Source: Clostridia bacterium
GTDB taxonomy: Bacteria > Bacillota > Clostridia > TANB77 > CAG-508
Reading direction: 5' to 3'
Assembly: GCA_045628105.1 (NCBI GenBank)
Contig: JAZQOX010000032.1
Span: forward strand, 1 to 55,476
Length of the DNA: 55,476 bases
A program made the translations under genes and the position numbers. The notes below the pieces were generated by a model. It did not search any database, had not been told where the DNA came from, and saw only the letters and a list, made by a program, of their open reading frames with translations. Numbering within the stretch: the first letter of the stretch is position 1; each line of letters opens with the position of its first letter. Positions 29,141-39,851 of this stretch are shown here, piece after piece.

Positions 29141-29211
29141 GTAATAATTGACTTCTTACAATTTTAATGATAAAATTTTATAGTCATAAATATCATTAAA
29201 TAGGTGATAAA

Positions 29212-30114
29212 ATGGAAGAAGTGTATAATAAATTAATTGAATTTATTGATAATGAGAGAGTTTGGGTAAATGAACCAATGTCAAAGCATACAACTTTTAA
29301 AATTGGTGGACCTGCTGATATTTTTATCAAGGTTAATAGTATTGATGAATTAAAGTTATTGATAAATATTAAAAATAGCTACAATATTCCTTTAACGGTA
29401 ATTGGCAATGGTAGTAATATTTTAGTCAAAGATAAAGGCATTAGAGGAATTACTGCCAAACTAAATTTTCAAGATATTAATATAAATGATGATGAAATAG
29501 AAGCTGGTTCAGGAGTATTGCTATCAAAACTTTCAAGAGTTGCATGTGAGAATGAACTTTCAGGATTAGAATTTGCATGTGGTATACCAGGAAATATTGG
29601 TGGAGCTATATATATGAATGCAGGGGCATATGGAAAGGAATTTAAAGAAATAGTTGTAAGTGTTAACTATTTAGATGAGAATGGAAATATTCATATTGCA
29701 AAGAATGAGGAATTGGAATTTGGATATAGAGAGAGTATTTTTAATAAAAACAAGGATTATATTATTTTAAGTACGGTTTTGAAATTAAAAAATGCAAATA
29801 AAGAAGAAATATTAAACAAAATGAATGAAAATACTAACAACAGAAAAGAAAAACAACCAATAGAATTACCAAGCGCTGGAAGTGTTTTTAAAAGAAATGA
29901 TGATTATATTGCAGCACAACTTATAGACAAATGCGATCTTAAGGGATATAATATTGGAGATGCATATGTTTCAGAAAAACATGCAGGATTTATTGTAAAT
30001 AAAGGAAATGCTAGTGCAGAAGACGTTTTGAAACTTATTGAACACATAAAAAAAGTTGTAAATGAAAAATATAGCGTTGATTTAGAATTAGAATTAAAAG
30101 TTGTTGGAGAATAA
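29212..30114 (+). CDS. murB: UDP-N-acetylenolpyruvoylglucosamine reductase
   Basis: HTTFKIGGPAD, GNGSNIL, GIPGNIGGAIYMNAGAYG, PSAGSVF, SEKHAGF. Confidence 0.96.
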   Translation: MEEVYNKLIEFIDNERVWVNEPMSKHTTFKIGGPADIFIKVNSIDELKLLINIKNSYNIPLTVIGNGSNILVKDKGIRGITAKLNFQDININDDEIEAGSGVLLSKLSRVACENELSGLEFACGIPGNIGGAIYMNAGAYGKEFKEIVVSVNYLDENGNIHIAKNEELEFGYRESIFNKNKDYIILSTVLKLKNANKEEILNKMNENTNNRKEKQPIELPSAGSVFKRNDDYIAAQLIDKCDLKGYNIGDAYVSEKHAGFIVNKGNASAEDVLKLIEHIKKVVNEKYSVDLELELKVVGE

Positions 30115-30147
30115 ACAACAGCAAAAGGAAAATAGGAGTGTAATAAA

Positions 30148-31629
30148 ATGAAAAGTTTTTTGGGATGGCTAAAGAATAGTACAAAAATAAAAAGATGGAT
30201 ATTTTTAATGCTTGTTGGAATGATCCTTGCTTGCTATGGTTTTGCACAAGTTCTTGTTCTTGAAAGATTAGAAATATTTGATATTGTAAAAATTATAATA
30301 ACTTTTGCCGCTGGTTTAACAGCATTTATAGTTGGACTTATATATATACAAAAAAGAACACTTGAACTTGCTGTACTTAAGGATTCTAAAAGTATGGATG
30401 AACTTTCAGATTCAAAAGATCAAGGTCCAAAAATTGTTGTAATTGGTGGAGGAATAGGATTAAATAGAGTATTAACAGGACTTAAAAACTATACAAATAA
30501 TTTAACTGCTATTGTTACACTTTCAAATTATGGTAATAAAATAACAAGAAATGTTACTGATGATATAAAAAATAGTATTATAGCGCTATCTAGGGATAGC
30601 CAAGAAATGGCAAAGTTATTATATAAAAAAGTTGATGGAATAAACTTTGGAGATTTATACCTAGAAACAATGAGAAAAACACATAAGGATTTTTCTGAGG
30701 GTGTTGAAAGAAGTAATTCTGTTCTTTCTATGATTGGAAAAGTTTTACCAGCTACACTTGATGAAATGCATATATGTGTTGAGTTAGAAGATGGAACAGT
30801 TATAGAAGAAAAAGAAAAAATTGCTGAAATTACTACAAATAAGGTTACAAAAATAAACAGAGTATATATAAATCCTACAAACTGTAGAACCGCACCGGGA
30901 ATAATAAATGCAATAAAAGAAGCGGATGCGATTATAATAGGACCAGGTTCACTTTACACAAGTGTTATACCGAATCTTTTAATAAAAAATGTAGCAAAAA
31001 CAATAAGAGAATCTAAAGCATATAAAATTTATGTTTCAAATATAATGACTGAATGTGGACATACTGATGATTACTCACTATCAGAACATATTAAAGCAAT
31101 TACAGAACATGCTGGAAATAATATAATAGATTACTGTATAACAGATAATGGAGATATTATTCCGGAAATATTAAGAAAATACAATAAAGCTGGAGAAAGT
31201 TTAATAGAAATAGATAAGCAAAATATTAAGGGAATTAATGTAATAAAAGCAGATGTTTCATGTATAGAAGGAGAATATATTAGACATGATCCTGAGTTAT
31301 TAGCTAAACAAATTATAGAACTAATAGTTAATGATATGAGCTTTAAAGATAAAAAGAATGATGAACAGTATGTTTTATTAAATGCAAAATTAAAAGAAGC
31401 AAAAACAAAACCACGCAAAAAGAAAAAGCTAAATATATTTAAAAAAGATAAAAATCAAATCAAATCAAAGAGCAAGTTTAGTAGTAAATACAAAGATAGA
31501 ATTGTTTCAATAAGAGATAGTGAAGAAACTACTAAAGAAAATAAAAAAATATATGAAAAAGCAAAAGAACTTACAGATGAAGAAGAAAAAAGAGAAAAAG
31601 AAAAATTCCTAAAGGATTTAAAAAAATAA
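30148..31629 (+). CDS. YvcK/GlmR (CofD-like) family protein with N-terminal TM segments and a basic C-terminal tail
   Basis: KIVVIGGGIGL, ADAIIIGPGSLYTSVIPNLL, NIMTE, RHDP. Confidence 0.8.
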   Translation: MKSFLGWLKNSTKIKRWIFLMLVGMILACYGFAQVLVLERLEIFDIVKIIITFAAGLTAFIVGLIYIQKRTLELAVLKDSKSMDELSDSKDQGPKIVVIGGGIGLNRVLTGLKNYTNNLTAIVTLSNYGNKITRNVTDDIKNSIIALSRDSQEMAKLLYKKVDGINFGDLYLETMRKTHKDFSEGVERSNSVLSMIGKVLPATLDEMHICVELEDGTVIEEKEKIAEITTNKVTKINRVYINPTNCRTAPGIINAIKEADAIIIGPGSLYTSVIPNLLIKNVAKTIRESKAYKIYVSNIMTECGHTDDYSLSEHIKAITEHAGNNIIDYCITDNGDIIPEILRKYNKAGESLIEIDKQNIKGINVIKADVSCIEGEYIRHDPELLAKQIIELIVNDMSFKDKKNDEQYVLLNAKLKEAKTKPRKKKKLNIFKKDKNQIKSKSKFSSKYKDRIVSIRDSEETTKENKKIYEKAKELTDEEEKREKEKFLKDLKK

Positions 31630-31644
31630 TAAGGTGGTATACAA

Positions 31645-33693
31645 ATGAAATTAGATAAAAAACAATTAGAATTAAGAAATGGAATAACAAAGGAATGGAT
31701 TATAACAAATGGTATAGGTGGATATAGCTCTTCAACAGTTTTAGGAATAAATACAAGAAAGTATCATGGACTTTTAGTTGCTCCACTTACACCACCAGCT
31801 AAAAGACACCTTATTTTATCTAAACTTGATGAAAGCATTCAAATAGAAAATAAAAATTATAATTTGTATTCAAACATGTGCCAAAATTACATATCAGATG
31901 GATATAAACTTCTAGAAAGTTTTGAAAAAGAATATGTTCCTGTTTTTAAATACGAAGTTGAACAAATGAAAATTAGCAAAGTAATATGTATGGAATACGG
32001 AAAAAACACAGTATGTGTTTTATATAAAATTCAAAATAATGGACCAAAGGCAAAATTAACTGTAACGCCAGTTATGAATTTTAGAGATTTTCACTCAATG
32101 AATACAAATCATGAATTTAGTATTAAACAAGAAATTAGAAATAACAAAGTTGAAGTTCAAATTGATGGCTTTACAGATTGCCCGGTATACTTTTATATGT
32201 CAAAGGGAAATTATATAGAGCATTTTAATGATACATTTAGAAATATGTATTATATAGAAGAAGAAAGAAGAGGATTCTTTCCAGAAGAAAATCATGCAGT
32301 TCCAGGAAGATATGAAATAGAAATTGATGAAAATTCAACTTCCGAATATAGCTTTATTTGTTCTTTAGAAGAAAACATTGAAGAAATAAATGCAAGAACA
32401 GTAATAAATAAAGAAATAATAAGAATAAATGAATTAATGTATAAAGCAAAATTTATAGAAAAAAAGGAAGATATTACAAAACTATCTAAAGAACAAAAAA
32501 GTAGATTAGATATGCTAAGAAACTTTACAATAGCAATAGATAACTTTATAGTTTATAGACCGTCGTTTGGTTATCATACAATAATTGCTGGTTACCCATG
32601 GTTTTTGGATTGGGGAAGAGATGCACTAATATCTTTTGAAGGACTTCTTTTATGTACAAAACAGTATAAATATGCTCAAAATGTATTGGAAACTTTAACA
32701 AGAGATGTAAAATTTGGTCTTGTTCCAAATGGATATTCAGGCTATGATAATAGACCATTGTATAATAGTGCTGATAGTTCATTATTACTATTTGAAGCAG
32801 TTCAAAAATATTTAGATTATTCTTTAGATTATAAATTTATAGAAGAAAAAATATATAAGAAGTTAAAGTCAATAATAGATAATTATGCTAAAGGAATAGA
32901 TTATGATGATAATAATATAAAATTAGATGAAGATGGATTAATATCTGCAGGAACAGAAAATACACAAAATACATGGATGGATGCTAAATATGGAAATCAT
33001 TGCTTTACCCCAAGAAATGGCAAAGCTGTTGAAATAAATAGCTTATGGTATAATGCATTAAAAATAATGGAAAATTTGAGTAAAAAGTTTAATGATAAGC
33101 AGGAAACAAAAAGATACAATGAAATGGCAGAAAAATGTAAAAAATCTTTTAACGAGAAGTTTTACAATGAAAAGAAAAAATGCTTATTTGATGTTTTAGG
33201 AGACGGAAAAATAAGACCAAATCAATTATTTAGTATGTCTTTAACATATCCAGTAGTTGAGCCTAATTCTGAAATTGGAAAGAATATAATAGAAACTGTT
33301 GAAAAAAAGCTATTAAATAAATATGGATTGAAAACATTAGCAAAAGGTGAAAATGGATATGTAGATACATATGAAGGAGATGATTTTAGAAGAGATTCAA
33401 GCTACCATCAAGGCATTACATGGACATGGCTTTTAGGTTTATATTATAATTCTTTAAAGAATATGCTTAAAAATGAAAAAGATAAAACAAAGAAGTCTGA
33501 ATTAAAAGCAAAGATAAGTGATTTTGAAAACAATATTGAAAAAACATTTATAAAAGAAATGGAAGAAAGAGGATGTTTGGGAACAATTAGCGAAATTTAT
33601 GATTCAAAACCACCATATGAACCAAAAGGTGCATTTGCACAAGCGTGGAGCGTAGCAGAAATATTTAGAATAATTTACAAGGAAGGAAAATGA
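31645..33693 (+). CDS. Glycogen debranching enzyme (amylo-alpha-1,6-glucosidase)
   Basis: EWIITNGIGGY, TRKYHGLL, IAGYPWFLDWGRD, TWMDA, QAWSVAE. Confidence 0.92.
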   Translation: MKLDKKQLELRNGITKEWIITNGIGGYSSSTVLGINTRKYHGLLVAPLTPPAKRHLILSKLDESIQIENKNYNLYSNMCQNYISDGYKLLESFEKEYVPVFKYEVEQMKISKVICMEYGKNTVCVLYKIQNNGPKAKLTVTPVMNFRDFHSMNTNHEFSIKQEIRNNKVEVQIDGFTDCPVYFYMSKGNYIEHFNDTFRNMYYIEEERRGFFPEENHAVPGRYEIEIDENSTSEYSFICSLEENIEEINARTVINKEIIRINELMYKAKFIEKKEDITKLSKEQKSRLDMLRNFTIAIDNFIVYRPSFGYHTIIAGYPWFLDWGRDALISFEGLLLCTKQYKYAQNVLETLTRDVKFGLVPNGYSGYDNRPLYNSADSSLLLFEAVQKYLDYSLDYKFIEEKIYKKLKSIIDNYAKGIDYDDNNIKLDEDGLISAGTENTQNTWMDAKYGNHCFTPRNGKAVEINSLWYNALKIMENLSKKFNDKQETKRYNEMAEKCKKSFNEKFYNEKKKCLFDVLGDGKIRPNQLFSMSLTYPVVEPNSEIGKNIIETVEKKLLNKYGLKTLAKGENGYVDTYEGDDFRRDSSYHQGITWTWLLGLYYNSLKNMLKNEKDKTKKSELKAKISDFENNIEKTFIKEMEERGCLGTISEIYDSKPPYEPKGAFAQAWSVAEIFRIIYKEGK

Positions 33694-33694
33694 A

Positions 33695-34181
33695 ATGAGA
33701 ATTTTGGGAATAGATCCAGGTTATGCAATAACCCGGATACAGCATAATAGATTATGTGGGAAATAAATTTAAACTAATAGATTCAGGAGCAGTTCTTACA
33801 GATAAAGATATGTCTTTTCCATTAAGATTAACCAAGATTTTTGATGATGTTAGCCAGCTAATTGATACATATAAACCAGATGCAATTTCAGTTGAAGAAT
33901 TATTTTTTAATAACAACGCAAAAACAGCAATTAATGTTGCACAAGCTAGAGGAGTAGTACTAATAGTGGGATGCAAAAAAAATGTTCCAACATTTGAATA
34001 TACCCCACTTCAAATTAAGCAGTCAGTAACAGGCTTTGGAAGAGCTGATAAAATACAAGTACAAAAGATGGTTAAATCAATTTTAAATGTTGAGAAATTA
34101 CCAAAACTAGATGATACAACAGATAGTATGGCAGCTGCAATTTGCCATGCACATTCGGCAAAATTTTCACAGAAGTTATAG
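33695..34181 (+). CDS. ruvC: Holliday junction resolvase RuvC, interrupted by a +1 frameshift at 33731-33737
   Basis: MRILGIDPGYAIT in one frame, GYSIIDYVGNKF...VEELFF...AQARGV...DD in the next; one extra C in ACCCGGA. Confidence 0.9.
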
Positions 34182-34198
34182 AAAAGGAATTAAATTAT

Positions 34199-35242
34199 AT
34201 GACGATTGAAGAATTGGAAGCAAAATTAAAAACTGGTATGTTAGATTCAATATACTTGTTATATGGTGAAGAGGAATATTTATTAGAAACTTGTGTAAAA
34301 AAAATAAAAAAGACATTTGGAGAGCTATTGAATGGAATAAATTATATACAAATTGATGACAAGAATGTAGAAGGACTTATATCAGATATAGAAACTCCTG
34401 CTTTTGGATATGCAAAAAAGTTAATTGTTGTAAAAAATTCAGGATTATTTAAAAAAGAAGGAAGAACAAAAAAATCCGAAGAAAAGAAAACGGAAAAAAA
34501 ACGCAGTGCAAAAAGTTTACAAGAAAAAATAGCAGAATATATATCTGAGAATATTGATGTAATAAGAGAGTCAGTAATTGTTCTATTTATTGAGCAAGAA
34601 ATTGGATCAAATGAATTAGAAAAGGTTATACAAAAAGTTGGAACAGTTTGTAATTTTGAAAAGTTAAAACCAATTCAAATATCTAAAAGAATCAAAGCAA
34701 TTTGCAATGGATATAAGGTAAATATAGATGAAAAAACAATGAACTATTTTATTGAAACATGTGGTACAAGTATGCTAGCTTTAATTAATGAAATACGAAA
34801 ACTTATAGAATATGTTGGAGAAAACGGAACAATAGATAATAAAGCAATTGACAAACTTTCAATAAAGGAACTTGATAGCGTTATTTTTGATTTGACCGAT
34901 ACAATTGGACAAAAAAATATAAAAGAAGCACTAAGAATATTAAATGAATTACTATATAATAAAGAACCAATTCAAAAAATACTTATAACTTTATATAATC
35001 ACTTGAAAAAAATATATCTTACAATTCTTGCTATAAAATACAATGAAAATATAGCAGAAGCTTTAGGGTTAAAACCAAATCAAATGTTCTTAACTACTAA
35101 GTATAGAAAACAAGCTACATATTTTAAAGAAAAAGAACTAAGAGAAATTTTACAAAAACTTATTGATTTGGATTACAAATCTAAGCAGGGACAATTAGAC
35201 ATAAATGTTGGGTTAGAATCAATAATTTGCATGATGGGATAA
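34199..35242 (+). CDS. holA: DNA polymerase III delta subunit
   Basis: IYLLYGEEEYL, NEIRKL, VIFDLTD, DYKSKQG; ATG 34199 follows AAGGA. Confidence 0.88.
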   Translation: MTIEELEAKLKTGMLDSIYLLYGEEEYLLETCVKKIKKTFGELLNGINYIQIDDKNVEGLISDIETPAFGYAKKLIVVKNSGLFKKEGRTKKSEEKKTEKKRSAKSLQEKIAEYISENIDVIRESVIVLFIEQEIGSNELEKVIQKVGTVCNFEKLKPIQISKRIKAICNGYKVNIDEKTMNYFIETCGTSMLALINEIRKLIEYVGENGTIDNKAIDKLSIKELDSVIFDLTDTIGQKNIKEALRILNELLYNKEPIQKILITLYNHLKKIYLTILAIKYNENIAEALGLKPNQMFLTTKYRKQATYFKEKELREILQKLIDLDYKSKQGQLDINVGLESIICMMG

Positions 35243-35302
35243 TAAAATTGCCAAAAATGTAAAAATGTGTTATAATAAAAAAGTAAGATTATTCAAAAGA
35301 GG

Positions 35303-35647
35303 GTGCAAAAAAAAGTGGTATTAATTGGAGTAATATATATATTACTAATATTAATATTAATATTAGTGATGTTTGCATATGTACAAATTAAACTATCTGG
35401 AATGAAAGTTAGAGATTTTTACGGTTTTATTGAGGCCAACCAGATGTTAGATAAACTATACAGATTTTCAAAAAAATATGAGAAATTAACAAATCAAGAC
35501 CAACTAATATTCTTAACTGAAGCAGAAAAAGTTTTTTCGGCATTTGAAAAAGTACCAGATGCGTTGTGGGAAGAGGAATACTCAAAATATATGGATGTAC
35601 TTGATAAATATAAGGATATAAAAGTTTTAAGATGGGAAAAAACATAA
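35303..35647 (+). CDS. Hypothetical membrane protein
   Basis: 114 aa with an N-terminal TM segment; TTGCCA-17-TATAAT promoter upstream; exact start uncertain. Confidence 0.65.
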   Translation: MQKKVVLIGVIYILLILILILVMFAYVQIKLSGMKVRDFYGFIEANQMLDKLYRFSKKYEKLTNQDQLIFLTEAEKVFSAFEKVPDALWEEEYSKYMDVLDKYKDIKVLRWEKT

Positions 35648-35676
35648 AAGATGCATTAAAAAATGCATCTTTTTTA
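35646..35676. terminator. Bidirectional terminator
   Basis: AAAAGATGCATT...AATGCATCTTTTT between convergent genes. Confidence 0.75.
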
Positions 35677-35997
35677 TTGCTCTACAATTACCTTCACAAT
35701 ATTGTAAATCAAATCCATTTTTTCTGCTGGACAATTTTTAAGTAAATCATTTAGAGCTGCAGTTAGATAAGAATTAGATGTAGGGGTTGTTCCCTCTAAA
35801 ACTTCACCTTGAGAAATATCTAAATAGTTACACATTTCAGATAGTCTTTTTAAATTTATTTTGGTAGAGCCACGTTCTATTCTACTTATATAAGCAACAG
35901 ATAAATCAAGAGCTTCAGCTAAAGCTTCTTGAGTTATTTTTTTATTAATTCTTGCTTGTTTTAATCTCATACCAATAATGCCGTAATTTAGTTCCAT
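35674..35997 (-). CDS. XRE-family helix-turn-helix regulator
   Basis: IGMRLKQAR, TQEALAE, YISRIERG; GGAGG RBS before ATG 35997. Confidence 0.88.
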   Translation of the reverse strand: MELNYGIIGMRLKQARINKKITQEALAEALDLSVAYISRIERGSTKINLKRLSEMCNYLDISQGEVLEGTTPTSNSYLTAALNDLLKNCPAEKMDLIYNIVKVIVEQ

Positions 35998-36220
35998 AAA
36001 AACTTCCTCCCTTTTGTTAAAATATAGCATTACAGAGTAAAACTTTACAGAAACAAACAAGTAAAATTTTACTGTCAGAAAAAATATTAAGAAGAAATAG
36101 ATGTTTAAATTTATAAAAATTCTATTTAAAATACTGTCCTATTTTGGGATTGACTATTTGTAACTTTTGATATATTATATAAAAAGTTTATAGAAGCAAT
36201 CAGTGGAAGGATGAGAGGTA

Positions 36221-39200
36221 ATGTATTTAAAAAGACTAGAATTACAAGGGTTTAAATCTTTTGCAGATAAAACTGTATTAGATTTTATGCCAGGAATAAC
36301 AACAGTAATTGGACCAAATGGATCAGGAAAGAGTAACATATCAGATAGTATTAGATGGGTACTAGGAGAACAGAGTATAAAATCTTTAAGGGGAAGTAAA
36401 TCAGAGGATATAATTTTTGCAGGAACACAAAATAGAAAATCTTTGGGGTTTGCAGAGGCTTCAATTGTAATAGATAATTCAGACGGAAAATTACCAATTG
36501 AATTTGGGGAAGTAGTTGTTACTAGAAGAATATTTAGAAATGGTGAAACAGGTTACTTTATAAATAAAACACCATGCAGACTAAAAGACGTATTAGAACT
36601 ATTTATGGATACAGGAATTGGTAAAGATGGATATTCAATAATTGGACAAGGAAAAATAGATGAAATATTAAGTAATAAATCAGAAGATAGACGTAATATT
36701 TTTGAAGAAGCTGCAGGAATTGTAAAATATAGGGCTAGAAAAAATGAATCTGAGAAAAAATTAGAACAAACAAAGCTTAACTTACTTAGAATTAATGATA
36801 TTTTATCAGAAATAGAAGCAACTATAGAACCACTAAAGGCACAATCAGAAAAAGCAAAGAAATTTTTGGATTTGCGTGAAGAACTAAAATCAATTGAAAT
36901 AGGTCTTTTCATATACAATATTGAAACATATAAGACAAAACTACAAGAAATTGTTAATGATATTGATATATTAAATTCGCAAAAAAAAGACGAAGAAAAT
37001 AGATTAACAGTTTTACAAAATCTTAAGGAAAGCTTAAAACAGGAGCTTGAAGAAATAACAGAAAAAATTGAAAAAACACAAAATATTGGATTTGAAAGCG
37101 AAAAAAAGATAGAACAAATTACTTCAGACATAAATGTTGCAAATGAAAGAATATCAAATAACATTCAAAATAGTGAAACATACAAAAAAGAGGTTGAAGA
37201 GTTAAGTTTAAGAAATAAAGAGATTTCAGAAGAAAAAGAAAACAGAATTCAAAAGAAAGATAATTTAAATGAAAATAGAGAAAAATTCATAAAAGAATTA
37301 CAAGAAAAAGAAGGAAAGCTTAAAGAAATAACTGAAAAACTTACAGAGGAAGAAAAACACATAGAAGATAAAAAGAAAATTGTAGAGCAAAACATAGAAT
37401 TAAAATATGAAAATAAAGAGCAAATAAGTAATATAGAAATAAGTAATGATAATATTATAAAACGCAAAAAAACTGTCCAAAATGAGATTTCAGATACAAT
37501 ATCTGGCCTAGATGAAAAGAGAATGATAAAGTCAGATTTGTTAAAAACTTTTAATGAAAAAGAAAACAAGAGAAATGAGTTTAAAAATAGATTAGAAGAG
37601 ATTCATTTTAAGAAGAATGAGGCTAATATTAAGATTCGAAATTATGAAGATAAAATTAATAATTTTTTGTCTCAAATTAGAATAAAAGATTCAAAACAAA
37701 AATTCCTAAGCGAAATGGAAAAAGAAAAAGAGGGATATTCAAAAGCAGTTAAAGAGATACTTTTGGAATGTGAAAAAGATAACAGCCTTGGAAAAGGCGT
37801 AAAAGGAGTTTTAGCAAATCTAGTTTCAGTTCCAGAAGAATATCAAACTGCTATTGAAACTGTTCTTGCAGGTACTCTTCAAAATATAGTTACAGAAACA
37901 GAAGAAGATGCAAAAAAACTTATAGAATTTTTAAGAAAAAACAACATAGGAAGAGCATCATTTTTACCAATAGCATCTGTTAAAGGTAAAAAAATAGATA
38001 GATTAATAAAAAATAGTCTTGAAGGTGTTATAGGTGTTGCAGCAGAGCTTATAAAAGTAGATAAAAAATACGAGGGAATTATATATAATTTACTTGGCAA
38101 AACAGTTGTTGTAAATAATATGGATACGGCAATTATTCTTGCAAGACAAAACAATTATAGTTTTAGAATAGTTACTTTAAAAGGTGATATAATAAACCCA
38201 AGTGGTGCAATTTCAGGAGGTTCAGCTACTCAAAAGACAACAAGCATAATAGGAAGAACAAATCAAATAAAAGAATTAGAAAAAGAAATTACAAAATTAA
38301 ATAAAGATTTAGAAAATGTTACAAAAGAAAAGGAAGAATATGAAAAATCAATAGAAAGTTTATTAGAAGAAGTTACAAGCATAGAACAAACTTCACAAGA
38401 AATAGAGATAGAATATGCTACAGAAAAACAAAAAATTGAATCTATACAAGAATCAATTGCATCATTAGAAGCACATTTGGAAACATTAAAACAAGAAAAA
38501 AATAATTTAGAAGAAAACGAAAAGAAGAACAATGATAAAAAGATAGAAATTGAAAACCAAACAAAAAATATTGAAGAACAAACAGAAAAACTTAATATTG
38601 AAATTAGAGAATTTGCTGAAAAAAATAAGGATAATCAAAAATATATAGATGATTTAAACTTTGATATAACAAATTTAAAAATTTCTGTATCTTCATTTGA
38701 TGAAAGTAAAAATTCTCTAGAGGAAATTCTTGAAAGAATAGAAAATGAATTACAAAATAATTTAAAGAAGATAGAAACAAAAAATAACCAGCTTACGGAT
38801 TTATTAAAAGAAAACGAAAATCTTAATAATTCGATATTAAATTATAAAAGCCAAATTGAACAAATAAAGCTTGAAGTTAGCACAAGCTCAGAAATGATTG
38901 AAAAACTTAAACAAGAAAAAACAAACAAAAATGAGCAGATTAATAAAAATGAAAAAGAAGTTGAAGAAAAATATTTGACAATAGAAGATATAAAAAATCA
39001 AGCTAATAAGTTAGAAGTAAAAAAATCAAAGATAGATGTTGAATTAGAACAAATAATAAATAAAATGTGGGAGGACTATGAACTAACTCCAAGTAATGTT
39101 GGTGAATATAAAAGACCAAACAACATTCAAGAAACAACGAAACAAGTAAATGAACTTAGAAATGAAATTAAAAATTTAGGAAGTATAAATATAGATTCAA

Positions 39201-39775
39201 TAGAAGAATATAAACAAACAAAAGACAGATATGACTATATGTGTGAACAAAGATTAGACCTAGAAAATTCTAGTTCAAAATTGAAAAAAATAATACAAGA
39301 CATGACTAAAATAATGAAAGAACAATTTGAAGAACAATTTAAAATAATAAATAAAAACTTTGGGGAAGTATTTAAAGAATTATTTGGAGGAGGAAAAGCT
39401 GACTTAAGATTAACAGATGAATCAGACATTTTAAATTGTGGAATAGAAATTGAAGTTCAACCACCGGGAAAGAAATTACAAAACATGAGCTTGCTATCAG
39501 GAGGAGAAAGAGCATTTACAGCAATAGCATTATTATTTGCAATATTAAAAATAAATCCAGCTCCTTTCTGTGTATTGGATGAAATTGAAGCTGCACTGGA
39601 TGATGTTAATGTATACAGATTTGCAGAATATTTAAAGAAATTCTCATCTGAAACACAATTTTTAGTTATAACTCATAGAAAGGGAACCATGGAGGCAGCA
39701 GATACAGTTTATGGAATAACAATGGAAGAAAGTGGTATAAGTAAATTATTATCAATGAAACTTGAAAGAAAATAA
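36221..39775 (+). CDS. smc: Chromosome segregation protein SMC
   Basis: GFKSFAD, GPNGSGKSN, hinge GRASFLP, LSGGE, LDEIEAALD. Confidence 0.97.
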   Translation: MYLKRLELQGFKSFADKTVLDFMPGITTVIGPNGSGKSNISDSIRWVLGEQSIKSLRGSKSEDIIFAGTQNRKSLGFAEASIVIDNSDGKLPIEFGEVVVTRRIFRNGETGYFINKTPCRLKDVLELFMDTGIGKDGYSIIGQGKIDEILSNKSEDRRNIFEEAAGIVKYRARKNESEKKLEQTKLNLLRINDILSEIEATIEPLKAQSEKAKKFLDLREELKSIEIGLFIYNIETYKTKLQEIVNDIDILNSQKKDEENRLTVLQNLKESLKQELEEITEKIEKTQNIGFESEKKIEQITSDINVANERISNNIQNSETYKKEVEELSLRNKEISEEKENRIQKKDNLNENREKFIKELQEKEGKLKEITEKLTEEEKHIEDKKKIVEQNIELKYENKEQISNIEISNDNIIKRKKTVQNEISDTISGLDEKRMIKSDLLKTFNEKENKRNEFKNRLEEIHFKKNEANIKIRNYEDKINNFLSQIRIKDSKQKFLSEMEKEKEGYSKAVKEILLECEKDNSLGKGVKGVLANLVSVPEEYQTAIETVLAGTLQNIVTETEEDAKKLIEFLRKNNIGRASFLPIASVKGKKIDRLIKNSLEGVIGVAAELIKVDKKYEGIIYNLLGKTVVVNNMDTAIILARQNNYSFRIVTLKGDIINPSGAISGGSATQKTTSIIGRTNQIKELEKEITKLNKDLENVTKEKEEYEKSIESLLEEVTSIEQTSQEIEIEYATEKQKIESIQESIASLEAHLETLKQEKNNLEENEKKNNDKKIEIENQTKNIEEQTEKLNIEIREFAEKNKDNQKYIDDLNFDITNLKISVSSFDESKNSLEEILERIENELQNNLKKIETKNNQLTDLLKENENLNNSILNYKSQIEQIKLEVSTSSEMIEKLKQEKTNKNEQINKNEKEVEEKYLTIEDIKNQANKLEVKKSKIDVELEQIINKMWEDYELTPSNVGEYKRPNNIQETTKQVNELRNEIKNLGSINIDSIEEYKQTKDRYDYMCEQRLDLENSSSKLKKIIQDMTKIMKEQFEEQFKIINKNFGEVFKELFGGGKADLRLTDESDILNCGIEIEVQPPGKKLQNMSLLSGGERAFTAIALLFAILKINPAPFCVLDEIEAALDDVNVYRFAEYLKKFSSETQFLVITHRKGTMEAADTVYGITMEESGISKLLSMKLERK

Positions 39776-39851
39776 AAAACAAATAAATATAAAAACTTTT
39801 GTTTGACAAACAGAAAATTATATGATATATTGAAGGCAATATTGAAGGAGG

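Noticed and set aside
36133-36150. ACTGTCCTATTTTGGGA as another REP copy
   Set aside because: Arms are in the wrong order and the core is incomplete; likely a chance match.
36553-39429. Long antisense ORFs inside smc (and similar ones inside polC, dnaE, mfd, ychF, gatD)
   Set aside because: Phe/Ser/Leu-rich shadows of Lys/Glu-rich sense codons; no RBS or domain signal.
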